Positions 18,516 through 29,519 are shown, numbered from the stretch's first letter. The stretch: 60,131 nt of DNA from Candidatus Altiarchaeales archaeon (GCA_023252215.1 JAHEXG010000003.1:1-60131), one strand, 5' to 3'. Notes: generated by a model not told the origin, from the letters alone. Numbers and translations are program-made.

Positions 18516-20583
18516 CCTCCGTGAACTGGTATTTGTCGTGCCTGGGCTCGAATATCACGCCCTTGCTCTTTAATTCGTTTATTATCTTCTCAACCTCGGA
18601 GCGGTCTATTTTCTTCTCGGCAGTCGCAGCAAGTATCTCCTGCATTCCCGCACTCTTCTCCGGGCTGTTTGCGATGATTCCTCTGATAGTGGTCTCCACT
18701 ATCTTTATCCGGTCTCTTGCGGACTGGGAGTGGTCGGTTGCGATCCGGTCTATGTCTATCTTTCCTGTGATCTTGTCTGTTGCAACCTCTCGCAGGACGA
18801 AGTTTGTTAGATTGATGACCCGTTCCGCATCTTCCACCGTAACCTCGCTGCGCAGCCTTATCTTTGCCGAGGCCTCTGCCAGCCTGACCAGGGCCTCAAG
18901 CTGTCTTGCGGTCGCACGTACTGTGTCGCGGTCTCCTCCTCTTAGTTCTACGTAATAGTCCCGCAGCTTTATCCCGGCTTCTTCCGAGAGCAGGGGGTGT
19001 ATGTTCTTGCGGGCGTAGGCGATGTATTTTCTGAACAGGTCTACCGATATTGCGGGCTCCAGGTCTTTTTGGTCTTCGCCTACTTTGTGCATCTTCAGCA
19101 TGTGTTCCGCTATCTTTCGGTCAGTGTCCCGGTCTACGATGTCCTGTATGGGAAAGATCAGGTCAAATCTGGATATCAGGGTCGGCGGTATGTCGAACTG
19201 TTCGCCGAGGGGCTTGTAGGAATCGAATCTGCTGAATTTTGGGTTCGACGCAGCCAGTATCGCAGTGTTGCACTTGAACCTTGCGACGATGCCGGCTTTT
19301 GCTACGCTGATCGTTTGCTGTTCCATTGCCTCGTGCATCGCGGCCCGGTCTTCTTTTTCCATCTTGTCGAATTCGTCGATGCATGCTATTCCTCCGCCTG
19401 CTAGGACGAGCGCTCCTGCTTTCAGGGTCCAGGCGCCTTCTGCTAGTTCGTCTTTCTCGGCCGTGGCCGTCAGGCCTGCGCCCGTTGTTCCCTTGCCTGA
19501 GACGTAGATACTCTTTGGGGCTATCTGGTCCACGTATTTGAGGAGACGCGATTTAGCGACACCGGGGTCGCCGATGAGAAGCAGATGTATGTCGGCTCTC
19601 ACCTTTCCTCCGTCAGGCAGCGTCTTGCCCTGCCGTCCGCCGAACATCTGCAAGGCGATGGCCTCCTTTACTTCGCGGTATCCGTAGATGGACGGAGCGA
19701 TCGAATCGACTATCTTCCGGTATACTTCCGGGTCGCGGGAGAGTTTCTGTATCTCTTTTTCTTCCTTCTTTGTTATCTCGATATCCTCAAAGTCCTTCTC
19801 CACGGGCTCTATGTAGTTAGCCTCTATGAACTTATAATACACCGACCCCTTCTTCTGCGGAGGCTGCAAACGTATGACTCCGGTCAAAGTCACCTTGTCT
19901 CCTGCAGTAACCTTGTCTGTGAGGTCGTCCTCCACCCATACTTTGATCTTTCTGGCCTGTTCTCCGCCTTTTATGTATTCCAGGGGTTCCTGTATCTCCA
20001 GTACCTGGAAATCAAGCCACTGCGACTCCTCTGGAAGGAAGCGGAAATCCATTTTGCCGCAGTCTCTGCATCGCACGGGCTGGACTATCTGCCCCCGCAG
20101 GCGGTCTTCGCGTTCCTGTCGTATGTCCATGTTCTGGCCGCATCCGTTGCAGCGGAATTTGGCCACATATAATTTGGGCAATACGTCGCTTATCCGGTTC
20201 ACCACGCCCTCGGTGCCTAGGAAGTGGGCGATGGTCTCGGAGTCGATGAAGCGCACCATCAACGTATATCCTTTCTCCTTAGGTAGGTTAGTGAATCTTA
20301 CGTGGAACTCCGGACTACCGGAAGCGCCGGTTTCAAGGACCGGGATATTCCGCTCGTTCAAAGCCTGCTCGAATATGTCTATAACGCCGGTCGGGGTCTT
20401 TTTCCCCTGGCTGTCATAGGTTACGCCGTAGGGATTGGCCAGTAAAGCTTCCGCGATGTCGGAGTCGAATTTCTCCAGCGCCTGCCAGTCAAGGACCAGG
20501 CTCTTCTCCTCGGGATACTTTTCGGCAAGCTGGTTGATCGCTTCCTCCCTTCCGTCTAAGAATTTCTCGATACGGTCCTTCAT
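18508..20583 (-). CDS. mcm: MCM replicative helicase
   Basis: Zn finger, GDPGVAKS, IDEFDKM, SRFDLIF, ARQLEALVRL; no intein. Confidence 0.97.
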   Translation of the reverse strand: MKDRIEKFLDGREEAINQLAEKYPEEKSLVLDWQALEKFDSDIAEALLANPYGVTYDSQGKKTPTGVIDIFEQALNERNIPVLETGASGSPEFHVRFTNLPKEKGYTLMVRFIDSETIAHFLGTEGVVNRISDVLPKLYVAKFRCNGCGQNMDIRQEREDRLRGQIVQPVRCRDCGKMDFRFLPEESQWLDFQVLEIQEPLEYIKGGEQARKIKVWVEDDLTDKVTAGDKVTLTGVIRLQPPQKKGSVYYKFIEANYIEPVEKDFEDIEITKKEEKEIQKLSRDPEVYRKIVDSIAPSIYGYREVKEAIALQMFGGRQGKTLPDGGKVRADIHLLLIGDPGVAKSRLLKYVDQIAPKSIYVSGKGTTGAGLTATAEKDELAEGAWTLKAGALVLAGGGIACIDEFDKMEKEDRAAMHEAMEQQTISVAKAGIVARFKCNTAILAASNPKFSRFDSYKPLGEQFDIPPTLISRFDLIFPIQDIVDRDTDRKIAEHMLKMHKVGEDQKDLEPAISVDLFRKYIAYARKNIHPLLSEEAGIKLRDYYVELRGGDRDTVRATARQLEALVRLAEASAKIRLRSEVTVEDAERVINLTNFVLREVATDKITGKIDIDRIATDHSQSARDRIKIVETTIRGIIANSPEKSAGMQEILAATAEKKIDRSEVEKIINELKSKGVIFEPRHDKYQFTEDA

Positions 20584-20645
20584 ATTCTCACAGTTTTTTT
20601 TCTAAAGGGTTATTACTTATAGAATTGAGATTAAAAACAGCCCCC

Positions 20646-22232
20646 TCAGCTCAAAGTTATCTCCTGCCCCGCAGCTATCGCGTTTTGAAGCATCCTGCCT
20701 TCCTGGCTGCTCCTTTTGATCTTGATCATCCCGTTCTTATAGGTCCTGGCATTGAATAGGTCTTCTCCGTCGGCGCAGACGGTTACCATCTCGTCTCTCC
20801 TGCCTGACCTGATAACTATGGCCTTCTTTGTGTTGGCGACGCTTACTTCGTCTCTTGCGCGTTCTTCTTTCTGCGCGGCCTTCTGCCTGACCGGTATGAC
20901 GACGACTTCTTCGCCGAAGGAATACATCTCATATTGCGGGTTGCAGGTCTCAAAGTCCCTTATCTCGATGACCGGCCTGGACAGGTCTCCGTCGCGCATT
21001 CCAAAGGGGACTTTCACAGTCATCCTAAGCTCGTACACCTGCTTTATCTGGCCTGCCTCTATGAAAAGAATGGTGTCCACTACGTGCGGTATTATCCCCA
21101 GTTCCACGCGGCCGATCAGCCTCTGCACTGCGTCTATTGCCCTGTTGGCGTGGCAGACTCCCACCAGCCCTACTCCTGCGAGGCGCATGTCTGCGAATAT
21201 CTGGAAATCTTTTGTCTTCCTTACTTCGTCGTATATGGTATAATCAGGCCTCACAAGCAGCAGCACGTCGGCCGTCGCTTCCATCGAGCCTTCAAGGCCT
21301 GTGTACTGGGTTACAACGTCCGGTACCTGCAAGTCCCTTGGAGACTCCATGGTCTTGATGACCTTGCCCCTGGACAAATAGAACTCTGCAAGAGCCTGCG
21401 CAAAAGTGCTTTTACCCTGCCCCGGGGCGCCTGCGATAAATATACCCTCAGCCCTCGAACCCAGCCGGTCAAGAAGCTTCTTGGAAAGCTTATAGTCCTC
21501 CAGTCGGGTCTTCATAATGGGCCTTACGGCAGTTATCTCCAAGCCGTCGGAAAAAGGAGGCCTCGCGATCACGATACGATACTCGCGCAACTGTATGACG
21601 GACACCCCCCGTTTCTCCATCTCCATGTAACCCTTAGGGTCCGACCGGGCGCAGGAAACTATTTCTTTAGCATATTCCTCAATTTCTTCCCTGGAAACAT
21701 GCGGCTTTATCTCTACAAGCGCGAAACTGCCCACATGGCCTTTCTTGGCATAAGCCGGGGTGCTTTCTTTGAGATGCACCGAAGCAGTCTCATTATCGAA
21801 CAATTTGAATATCCCCGGCTCCACAGTCTTAACCTTTGGGCCGATGTATACTACTTTCAACCCCTTTGCTTCGGATACCAAAGCCTGCGTCTTATCGCTG
21901 GTGACCAGCGTCGCATCGTTTTCTTCCGCAGTCTTACGGATAAGATCGTCAATGGCCCCTGCCCTGGCGAATTTTATGCCCAAATCACTCGGCGGCTTTC
22001 CATGGAACCGGATCTTTATCCTGCCGTCTGATCCGTCTGCGACCTTTCTTAGTTCCTTTAATTCGTTTAATCCGTCGAACCCTGTTTCCCGGCCCAGGTT
22101 GGCCTGGTTCTCAAGCTCCGCTACGGCCGCTTCTGGTATTATTATCTCCACTACGCCCGGTTCTCTTTTCAGGGCTTCTGTTATCCGTCCGTCTATTATG
22201 GCGGAGGTATCCGGCACTATCCTGCTGTCCAT
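20646..22232 (-). CDS. PIN domain + PilT-like ATPase (PINA family)
   Basis: [13 protein letters not shown] start, [25 protein letters not shown]. Confidence 0.9.
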   Translation of the reverse strand: MDSRIVPDTSAIIDGRITEALKREPGVVEIIIPEAAVAELENQANLGRETGFDGLNELKELRKVADGSDGRIKIRFHGKPPSDLGIKFARAGAIDDLIRKTAEENDATLVTSDKTQALVSEAKGLKVVYIGPKVKTVEPGIFKLFDNETASVHLKESTPAYAKKGHVGSFALVEIKPHVSREEIEEYAKEIVSCARSDPKGYMEMEKRGVSVIQLREYRIVIARPPFSDGLEITAVRPIMKTRLEDYKLSKKLLDRLGSRAEGIFIAGAPGQGKSTFAQALAEFYLSRGKVIKTMESPRDLQVPDVVTQYTGLEGSMEATADVLLLVRPDYTIYDEVRKTKDFQIFADMRLAGVGLVGVCHANRAIDAVQRLIGRVELGIIPHVVDTILFIEAGQIKQVYELRMTVKVPFGMRDGDLSRPVIEIRDFETCNPQYEMYSFGEEVVVIPVRQKAAQKEERARDEVSVANTKKAIVIRSGRRDEMVTVCADGEDLFNARTYKNGMIKIKRSSQEGRMLQNAIAAGQEITLS

Positions 22233-22337
22233 TACGTCAAATCGTCGAATGTCGATTTATGTGCTTTGAGTCTTTTATTTGGCCAGAGACTATTAACTAC
22301 TGTTAACTACTGGGTTTTGAACTAGAAATAACAGGAA

Positions 22338-23051
22338 ATGAGAGAAAAAAACGCTTCAAAAGACCTACTGGAAAAGAATATCGCAGGAGAAATAACCCTG
22401 TCAGAGAAGCCGGGAAAGGCTTTGAGGAAATGGCGCGAGATATTCGGGATAACCCAAAAAAACCTGGCAAAGACATTGAAGATATCCCCCTCAGTTCTGT
22501 CAGACTATGAATCCGGACGACGCAGATCACCCGGCGCGGAATTCATAAAAAGATACGTACTGGCACTGGTCGCACAGGACCGCAGAAAAGAAGGAGGAAT
22601 AACCGGCAAAATTCCCGAAACCGCCAAATCCGGAGCAGTGCTGGACATAAGGGAATTCATAAAACCCATGACCGGCAGAGCATTCCTAAAATACGTAAAC
22701 GGAAGAATAATAGCAGACGAAGGGGACCTAGACAAAAAAATCTACGGATACACCGTGATAGACAGCATAAAAGCCATACTCGAACTATCGGACACGCAAT
22801 TCCCCCAGATATACGGCCTAAACAACCAGAGAGCCCTCATATTCACAAAAGTCCACATGGGGCGTTCGCCCATGATAGCGATAAAAGTAACAAAACCCAA
22901 GCCGGTCCTTGTAATATTCCACGGCGTCGCGCCATCTGAAGTAGACAAACTAGCGGTTAAAATAGCGGAAGCAGAAAAGATCCCGCTCATAATATCCCTG
23001 ACCGAAAACGAAGAAAAACTGGTAGAAGACCTAAAGAAGATCGAAGCGTAA
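22338..23051 (+). CDS. Archaeal XRE-HTH transcriptional regulator (DRTGG-like C-terminus)
   Basis: IAGEITLSE.PGKALRKWR, SDYESGRRRSPG, GRSPMIAI. Confidence 0.85.
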   Translation: MREKNASKDLLEKNIAGEITLSEKPGKALRKWREIFGITQKNLAKTLKISPSVLSDYESGRRRSPGAEFIKRYVLALVAQDRRKEGGITGKIPETAKSGAVLDIREFIKPMTGRAFLKYVNGRIIADEGDLDKKIYGYTVIDSIKAILELSDTQFPQIYGLNNQRALIFTKVHMGRSPMIAIKVTKPKPVLVIFHGVAPSEVDKLAVKIAEAEKIPLIISLTENEEKLVEDLKKIEA

Positions 23052-23109
23052 ACTTTATTAAACCCCATCACCTAAATCACAATAATCGCAGACTTTTGGA
23101 AAAAAGAAA

Positions 23110-24162
23110 ATGCAGGTAGGAATAGTCGGATACGGAGCATATGTGCCTAAATACCGGATAAAAGCAGAAGAGATAGCCGTCGTCTGGGGAGAAGACGCGG
23201 AAAAGATAAAAAGCGGTCTCTGCGTCCGGGAAAAATCAGTGCCCTCGATAGACGAAGACACGGCAACCATCGCAGTCACATGCGCAAGGAACGCGCTCGA
23301 ACAGGCAAAGATCGATCCTGCGGACATAGGCGCAATATACGTCGGTTCCGAGTCCCATCCATACGCTGTGAAGACTACTTCTAGCATGGTGGCCGAGGCC
23401 ATAGAGGCAACTCCCGTGCTCACGGCCGCTGACTATCAGTTCGCCTGCAAGGCAGGGACTGCGGCGATGCAGACTGTCATGGGGATGGTTGCTTCCAAGA
23501 TGATAAAATACGGAGTCGCCATCGGAGCAGACACCTCCCAGGGAAAACCCGGAGACGCGCTTGAGTACACTGCCAGCGCAGGAGGCGCAGCATACATAAT
23601 CGGCGCAGAAAACGTCCTGGCGATAATACGCGATACCTATTCATACACGACCGATACCCCTGACTTCTGGAGGCGGGAAGGAGCGGAATTCCCAAGCCAC
23701 GGCTCAAGGTTCACCGCGGAACCTGCATACTTCAGGCACGTCCTCGCGGCGGCGAAGGGGATACTGGAGAAGAACAAGATGCAGCCCAAAGACTTTAAGT
23801 ACGCAGTCTTCCACCAGCCCAACGGAAAATTCCCGCTGAACGCGGCAAAGAAGCTGGGATTCACAAACGAACAAGTATCAACCGGCCTGCTTACGCCGAT
23901 GATAGGGAACACGTATTCGGGAGCCACACCCCTCGGCCTCGCGGCAGTCTTGGACGAAGCATGCGCAGGCGACAAGATACTCGCGGTATCATACGGTTCG
24001 GGGGCCGGAAGCGACGCGTTCATAATCGAAGTGACGAAGGAAAACGAGAAGCGCAGGAACAAAAAGACCGTGAAGTCCTACATAAACAAGAAGGAATACC
24101 TGACCTATTCGATATACTCTAAATTCAAGGGGAAAATAAAGGGCGTCTCCCTGGAGAAATAA
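23110..24162 (+). CDS. mvaS: Hydroxymethylglutaryl-CoA synthase
   Basis: [40 protein letters not shown]. Confidence 0.93.
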   Translation: MQVGIVGYGAYVPKYRIKAEEIAVVWGEDAEKIKSGLCVREKSVPSIDEDTATIAVTCARNALEQAKIDPADIGAIYVGSESHPYAVKTTSSMVAEAIEATPVLTAADYQFACKAGTAAMQTVMGMVASKMIKYGVAIGADTSQGKPGDALEYTASAGGAAYIIGAENVLAIIRDTYSYTTDTPDFWRREGAEFPSHGSRFTAEPAYFRHVLAAAKGILEKNKMQPKDFKYAVFHQPNGKFPLNAAKKLGFTNEQVSTGLLTPMIGNTYSGATPLGLAAVLDEACAGDKILAVSYGSGAGSDAFIIEVTKENEKRRNKKTVKSYINKKEYLTYSIYSKFKGKIKGVSLEK

Positions 24163-24163
24163 G

Positions 24164-24301
24164 ATGACCGGAAAGAAAGTCGCAATGTGAGGCTACAGCC
24201 TCACTCACCTGCCACGAGTATTGTGGTGCCCAGGGCACCACGTAACGCATGAGTATTTTAGGAATTACGAATGACAAAATGACCGGAAAGAAAGTCGCAA
24301 T
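24164..24301 (+). mobile_element. 92-bp hairpin insert (family B) between perfect 23-bp direct repeats of the thiolase start
   Basis: ATGACCGGAAAGAAAGTCGCAAT at 24164-24186 and 24279-24301. Confidence 0.7.
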
Positions 24302-25445
24302 AATAGGAGTCGGGCTCACAAAATTCGGAGAGCTCTGGGAGAAAAGCTACCGCGACCTCATAACCGAGGCCGGAGTAAAGGCCATAAGCGATGCCGGAAT
24401 AGACGGAATAGACGTGCAGGAACTGTTCGTAGGCTCCATGTCCCCCGGCCTGTTCGCTGCGCAGGAGCATATAGGCGCGCTTGTCGCCGACTACGCAGGG
24501 TTAACGGGCATCCCCGCAACAAGGGTGGAAGCCGCATGCGCTTCAGGAGGCCTTGCGCTCAGGCAGGCATATACTTCGATAATGGCTGGAAGAAACGACA
24601 TCGTAGTCGCAGGCGGCGTGGAAAAGATGACCGACGTACCCACGGGCCTTGCAATGACCGCCCTAATGGGGGCGGGAGACGAAGAATGGGAAGCATTCAA
24701 CGGAGCGACATTCCCCGCGCTTTACGCCCTGATGGCCCGAAGACACATGATGGAATACGGAACCACGATAGAACAGATATCAATGGTCTCAGTCAAAAAC
24801 CACGCGAACGCAAAACACAACGAATACGCGCAATTCCAGTTCGAAGTATCATTGGAAGACGTTCTAAATTCCGCCAAGGTCGCAGAGCCTCTGCGCCTGC
24901 TGCACTGCTCGCCCATAACCGACGGAGCGGCAGCGGTCATACTCGCAAGCGAAAAGAAAGCAAAAGAAATATGCGACAACCCTGTCTGGATAACCGCATC
25001 GGCAATGGCGACCGACACGCTCGCCCTAAGCGATCGAAAGAGCTTGACGCAGACCAATTCGGCCATTCTCGCGGCAAAAGACGCCTACAAGCAGGCAGGA
25101 GTCGGCGCAAAAGACATAGACTTTGCGGAGGTCCACGACTGTTTCGCAATAGCAGAGCTTTTGGCAATAGAAGCGCTCGGCTTCTGCAAGATAGGCGCGG
25201 GCGGAAAATACACGGAAGACGGGCACACCAAGATCGGCGGAGAACACCCTGTAAACACGAGCGGAGGCTTGAAAGGAAAAGGACATCCTGTCGGCACGAC
25301 TGGAATAGCGCAGGCAATAGAGGCGACGCTTCAACTACGCGGGACAGCCGGGAAAAGACAGGTCAAAGACGCAAACATCGGGCTCACGCACAATGTGGGA
25401 GGATCGGGTGCGACCGCGGTTGTTCACATATACCGGAGGGACTAA
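24279..25445 (+). CDS. Acetyl-CoA acetyltransferase (thiolase)
   Basis: EAACASGG, GVEKM, EVHDCF, KGHPVG, HNVGG; in HMGCS-thiolase-DUF35 operon. Confidence 0.93.
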   Translation: MTGKKVAIIGVGLTKFGELWEKSYRDLITEAGVKAISDAGIDGIDVQELFVGSMSPGLFAAQEHIGALVADYAGLTGIPATRVEAACASGGLALRQAYTSIMAGRNDIVVAGGVEKMTDVPTGLAMTALMGAGDEEWEAFNGATFPALYALMARRHMMEYGTTIEQISMVSVKNHANAKHNEYAQFQFEVSLEDVLNSAKVAEPLRLLHCSPITDGAAAVILASEKKAKEICDNPVWITASAMATDTLALSDRKSLTQTNSAILAAKDAYKQAGVGAKDIDFAEVHDCFAIAELLAIEALGFCKIGAGGKYTEDGHTKIGGEHPVNTSGGLKGKGHPVGTTGIAQAIEATLQLRGTAGKRQVKDANIGLTHNVGGSGATAVVHIYRRD

Positions 25446-25446
25446 G

Positions 25447-25845
25447 ATGAAAGGATTAGCTTCTTACTGGAGATTGATTCCTCAAAGGTATAACCTTATT
25501 GGAACCGAGTGCAATCACTGCAAGCAAAAGTTCTTCCCTCCGAGGAAGATATGCCCCACCTGTAGACGGCATGGGGAGATAAAGAGCTATAAATTCAAAG
25601 GCGTTGGAGAGATTTACTCGTACACCGTAATACATGCTGCGCCCGATGGGTTCGAGTTTCAGAAGCCTTACGCGCTAGGGCTCATAAGGTTGGTCGAAGG
25701 ACCTCTTGTGACTGCGCAGATCGTGGACTGTAAGCCGGACGAAGTAGAAGTTGGGAAGAAAGTGGAAATGGTTTTTAGGAAGATTTTTGCCGGTGGGAAG
25801 GAAGGGACTATCCGGTATGGATATAAGTTTAAGTTGGTTGACTGA
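25447..25845 (+). CDS. DUF35 Zn-ribbon/OB-fold scaffold protein
   Basis: CNHC..FFPPRKICPTC, GEIYSYT, YGYKF; third gene of the operon. Confidence 0.9.
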   Translation: MKGLASYWRLIPQRYNLIGTECNHCKQKFFPPRKICPTCRRHGEIKSYKFKGVGEIYSYTVIHAAPDGFEFQKPYALGLIRLVEGPLVTAQIVDCKPDEVEVGKKVEMVFRKIFAGGKEGTIRYGYKFKLVD

Positions 25846-25866
25846 TTATTTGTTTTCTTCTATTGG

Positions 25867-25907
25867 CCTTTCAAAACTGGGTGGTTGAACTCAACCACGC
25901 GGTTCGG
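25867..25907 (+). repeat. Hairpin repeat family A, copy 3
   Basis: CCTTTCAAAACTGGGTGGTTGAACTCAACCACGCGGTTCGG, followed by diverged copy of DUF35 3' end. Confidence 0.85.
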
Positions 25908-25974
25908 GCGGGAAGGGACTATCAGGTACGGCTGCAAATGGGGTGCTTGAGCCTTGGGTAAAATTGGCTAGTTG

Positions 25975-28218
25975 TTAGTCTTCAGCCCGGTTTGGGGCGG
26001 GGTTGTTGGGTATTGTTATTAGTCTGAATTGGTTTATTGAGTTGTTCGGTAAGGCTTTTTCTTCATTCATCTGGTTGCTCATTATGGTTGGTCCACTGCC
26101 TGCCCATGCGTTTATCAGAGCTATTACTTCTTGTAGGGTGGCTTGTCCGGTGCTCCATTTGTTTATGATGGCAACTATCTCTGCTATGGATATGTCTGCG
26201 CATGGTGGATAGTCTCCGACGAGGTTGCATTCTCCTTGTGTGGTTGTGGTGGTTGTGGACGTGGTAGTTGTCGTGTTTATGAGTGTGGTGGTCGTGACTC
26301 CGTATTTGTTGCTTAGCGGCATGTAGTCTATGTTTATCGAATTGAGTTCTAGGGGAACGTCGCAGAATCCGTTTCCGTCTGCGTCTACGCAGGTCTCGGA
26401 GTATCCGGTCCCGTTATAGTTCGCCCAGTAGTTTCCGGCGACCTGGGTTCCCTGTGAGTAGATCCTGGTTCCTGTTTGCATTGTTGTGTTCCAGTCATTT
26501 GATTCGTTTACATCTTGCATTATGGAGTTGCTGTTAGAGTTATTGAAGTAGTTATTGTATATGGTGTTGTCCGCGGAGTCGTAAACCCATATGCCTGTAG
26601 CGTTGTTCCCTGTGATCTTGGAGCCCGTTACGGTGTTTGAGTCGCTTCGGTCTATGACGAAGCCGCTGTCGTTATTGTCTTTTGTTGTTATGTTGTTTAG
26701 CGTGTTGCTGTTGCTACCGGATATGTATATGCCTGAGAAATTGTTTACGTTTGTCGTTATGTTGTTTAATGTGTTGTTGCCGCTGTTGTACACGTATACT
26801 CCTGAGAAATTGTTTGCGTATGTTGTTGCGTTGCTTACCTTGTTGTTGTCGCTGTAGTACAGGTATATCCCCTGTTGTCCGTTGTCGTGTGTTTCTATTC
26901 CGTTCAGGGTGTTGTTGTCGCTGTTGTCGATCAGTACTCCGTGGCTGTCTTGCATGTCGTGTGAGACTGTGCCGGTTATTATGTTGCCTGATGAATTCCA
27001 CAGGTCCAGTCCGAATGATTCGCAGCCTATTGTGGTGAGGTCTCTTACTGTGTTTTCATTGCTTTCTTCTATTACTAATCCGCTGTAGTTTTCGTCTCTT
27101 GTCGTTATGTTGTTTAATGCGTTGTTGCCGCTCTTGTACAGGTATATTCCTGAGAAGTTGTTTCCGTGTGTTGTTGCGTTGTTTACCTTGTTGTTGTCGC
27201 TGTAGTACAGGTATATTCCCTCTTCTCCGTTGTCGTATGAATCTATTCCGTTCAGGGTGTTGTTGTCGCTGTTGCTGAGCACTACTCCGTGGCTGTCTTT
27301 CGTATCGTGTGAGATTACGCCGTATATTGTATTTCCTATCGCATTCAGCAGAGTCAGCCCAAAGGATTTGGTGCCTGTCGTTTTAACGTCTCTTAGGGTG
27401 TTTGTGTCGCTTAGGTATACCATGATCCCGGTGTAATTTTCATCTCTTGTCGTTATGTTGTTCAGCGTGTTGTTGTGGCTGTTGTAGAGATACACGCCTG
27501 AGTCGTTGTTTGAGTATGTTGTTGCGTTGGTTATAATGTTGTTGTCGCTGTAGTACAGGTATACTCCCTCATACACGTTGTTGTATGCCGTTATGTTATC
27601 TAGCGTGTTGTTATCGGAGTCTTCCACTATGAATCCGTGGGAGTTTCCTGTGTTGTCATACGATGACGAGTCCGTTATTGTGGTGTATGAGGCGTTCCAT
27701 AGGTCGAAGCCGAAGGAATTGCAGTTCTTTATTGTGACGTTTTTGATTACGCTTCTTGAGGAGTTCCAGATGATGAAGGCGTAGGACTGCGATCCTGTGA
27801 CCGTTACGTTGTATGCCTTGTTGTTTCTGCCTTCGTATATGCCTAGGCCGTAACCGCCGCTTGAGCTGGATTCCGAGTTCTGGAAGGTATTGTCGTCTCC
27901 GTGTATTGACATTATGCCGTAGTACCAGTCAGTCGTTATGCAGTTTTTGACCATGACTCCTGATACGCCGTTTATTATCACTCCGTAGGTGTCGCTTAGG
28001 TTTAGGCCGTTTATGTGGTGTTGTGCGCAGTTCAGAGTCACGTTATTTGCGAGGATGCTCATACATTCCGTTGCCGGAGAGGCCAGGATGTCCGATGTCA
28101 GGGTATATGTCTCTCCTGTTATGTTGAGGTTTGCGCAGTTGTTTATGTCTATTCCAGCGGCTGCGGCAAAGGTTATTGTCTGCATCAGAAACAAAAGGAT
28201 AAGTGTGTGTTTTCTCAT
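25975..28218 (-). CDS. Secreted right-handed beta-helix (NosD/CASH) protein with Thr linker
   Basis: Signal peptide, many GIYLYYSDNN-type repeats, NTIYNNYFNN, GNYW, poly-Thr, small C-terminal module. Confidence 0.9.
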   Translation of the reverse strand: MRKHTLILLFLMQTITFAAAAGIDINNCANLNITGETYTLTSDILASPATECMSILANNVTLNCAQHHINGLNLSDTYGVIINGVSGVMVKNCITTDWYYGIMSIHGDDNTFQNSESSSSGGYGLGIYEGRNNKAYNVTVTGSQSYAFIIWNSSRSVIKNVTIKNCNSFGFDLWNASYTTITDSSSYDNTGNSHGFIVEDSDNNTLDNITAYNNVYEGVYLYYSDNNIITNATTYSNNDSGVYLYNSHNNTLNNITTRDENYTGIMVYLSDTNTLRDVKTTGTKSFGLTLLNAIGNTIYGVISHDTKDSHGVVLSNSDNNTLNGIDSYDNGEEGIYLYYSDNNKVNNATTHGNNFSGIYLYKSGNNALNNITTRDENYSGLVIEESNENTVRDLTTIGCESFGLDLWNSSGNIITGTVSHDMQDSHGVLIDNSDNNTLNGIETHDNGQQGIYLYYSDNNKVSNATTYANNFSGVYVYNSGNNTLNNITTNVNNFSGIYISGSNSNTLNNITTKDNNDSGFVIDRSDSNTVTGSKITGNNATGIWVYDSADNTIYNNYFNNSNSNSIMQDVNESNDWNTTMQTGTRIYSQGTQVAGNYWANYNGTGYSETCVDADGNGFCDVPLELNSINIDYMPLSNKYGVTTTTLINTTTTTSTTTTTTQGECNLVGDYPPCADISIAEIVAIINKWSTGQATLQEVIALINAWAGSGPTIMSNQMNEEKALPNNSINQFRLITIPNNPAPNRAED

Positions 28219-28281
28219 GCTTATATATTCTATAAAAGGGTATAAAAATCGGGCGTAAATAAGAAAGAGGAAAGGAAGAGA

Positions 28282-29448
28282 TTAGAACGTGCATACTTTT
28301 GCTTCCATGCACATCTGGGTTATCTGTCCTATGTCTTCCAGCCAGCGGTCTGTTATCTGGAGTGCTACGTTTTCCAGTTCTTTGTCGCCCAGTACTTCTA
28401 CCGAGGCCATGAGTGGCTGGTCTATGGGTTTTCCTATCTGTGAGAGGAGCCGTACGTGGACCTGTTCTGCGCCTTCCCCGGCTATTTCTTCCGCTATTTC
28501 CTTGGAGAGCAGGTTGTATATCTTTCCTACGTGGTTTATGGGGTTTTTTCCCGATGTTGCCTCCAGCGACATGGGCCTGTAAGGCGTTATGAGTCCGTTG
28601 GCTCTGTTTCCTCTGCCTACGGATCCGTCGTCTCCTCCTTCTGCCGAGAGCCCGGTCATGGTCAGGTAGACTGAGCCGTCTTTGTAGTCGTCTGCAGTGT
28701 TTATGTATATGTCCACTTCTTTGTCTGTGAGTTTGGAGGCGTGGTCGAGTAGTTTGTCGTTTAGTTCCTCTATTGTGGATATGTAGTCGTCGAGGTCTTT
28801 TACGTATTTGGATACTATGGCGCAGGCTACTGTCAGGGTTATTTTGTCTTTGTTTCGCACTCCCATGACTTTTACGTCTTCGCCGGTCTCTTTCATGCCT
28901 AAGCCGTTGTTTATGTATTGTTCGGTCTTGAGTACCAGTTGCTCTGTTATCGAGAGGGGGGCGTATCCTACGCCGAAGCTGGTATCATTGGATTTTGGGA
29001 CTCCTTTTTGTTCGAATACGTGCTGCAGGTCTGCTGAGCCGCGGCCTATTTTTTGGTCTATTTTTACGTAGGAGTCGACGTCCAGGTTCTTGAAGTTCTG
29101 TTTTAGGTATTCTTTGGCGGCTTTTACCGCTATCATGCCTGTGGGTATTTTTTCGTTTCCCACGTTGGCTGTGGCTCTTCCGCTTAGGAGTATGTATATG
29201 GGCTCTACGTAGTCTCCTCCGCCGTATCTTGGATGAGCTTCTCCGCCTACGAGCTCTACCTGGTCTGTATTGTGGTGCAGGACGTGGCCGTATCTTTTTA
29301 CGTATTCCTTGGAGAGGGCTCTACTGACGGCTTCGGCGAGTCCGTCGCATATGGAGTCCGGGTGCCCTATTCCTTTACGTTCCACGAGTTCGACGTTCTG
29401 CTTGTGGACCGCGGTTATCCTGGGAAAATCCACTACTATGTTTCTCAT
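28282..29448 (-). CDS. mat: Archaeal S-adenosylmethionine synthetase
   Basis: ERKGIGHPDSICD, HHNTD, NDTSFGVG, GRGNR, GKNP..HVGK. Confidence 0.95.
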   Translation of the reverse strand: MRNIVVDFPRITAVHKQNVELVERKGIGHPDSICDGLAEAVSRALSKEYVKRYGHVLHHNTDQVELVGGEAHPRYGGGDYVEPIYILLSGRATANVGNEKIPTGMIAVKAAKEYLKQNFKNLDVDSYVKIDQKIGRGSADLQHVFEQKGVPKSNDTSFGVGYAPLSITEQLVLKTEQYINNGLGMKETGEDVKVMGVRNKDKITLTVACAIVSKYVKDLDDYISTIEELNDKLLDHASKLTDKEVDIYINTADDYKDGSVYLTMTGLSAEGGDDGSVGRGNRANGLITPYRPMSLEATSGKNPINHVGKIYNLLSKEIAEEIAGEGAEQVHVRLLSQIGKPIDQPLMASVEVLGDKELENVALQITDRWLEDIGQITQMCMEAKVCTF

Positions 29449-29519
29449 CTTGAATCCTAATTATTTAGGATTAAAGTATATAATTTAGAAAAAAAATAGG
29501 GCAATAGCCCAGAAGGTCT

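Noticed and set aside
25800..25938. DGR template/variable repeat pair
   Set aside because: Too short, mismatches are not adenine-specific, and no reverse transcriptase is present.
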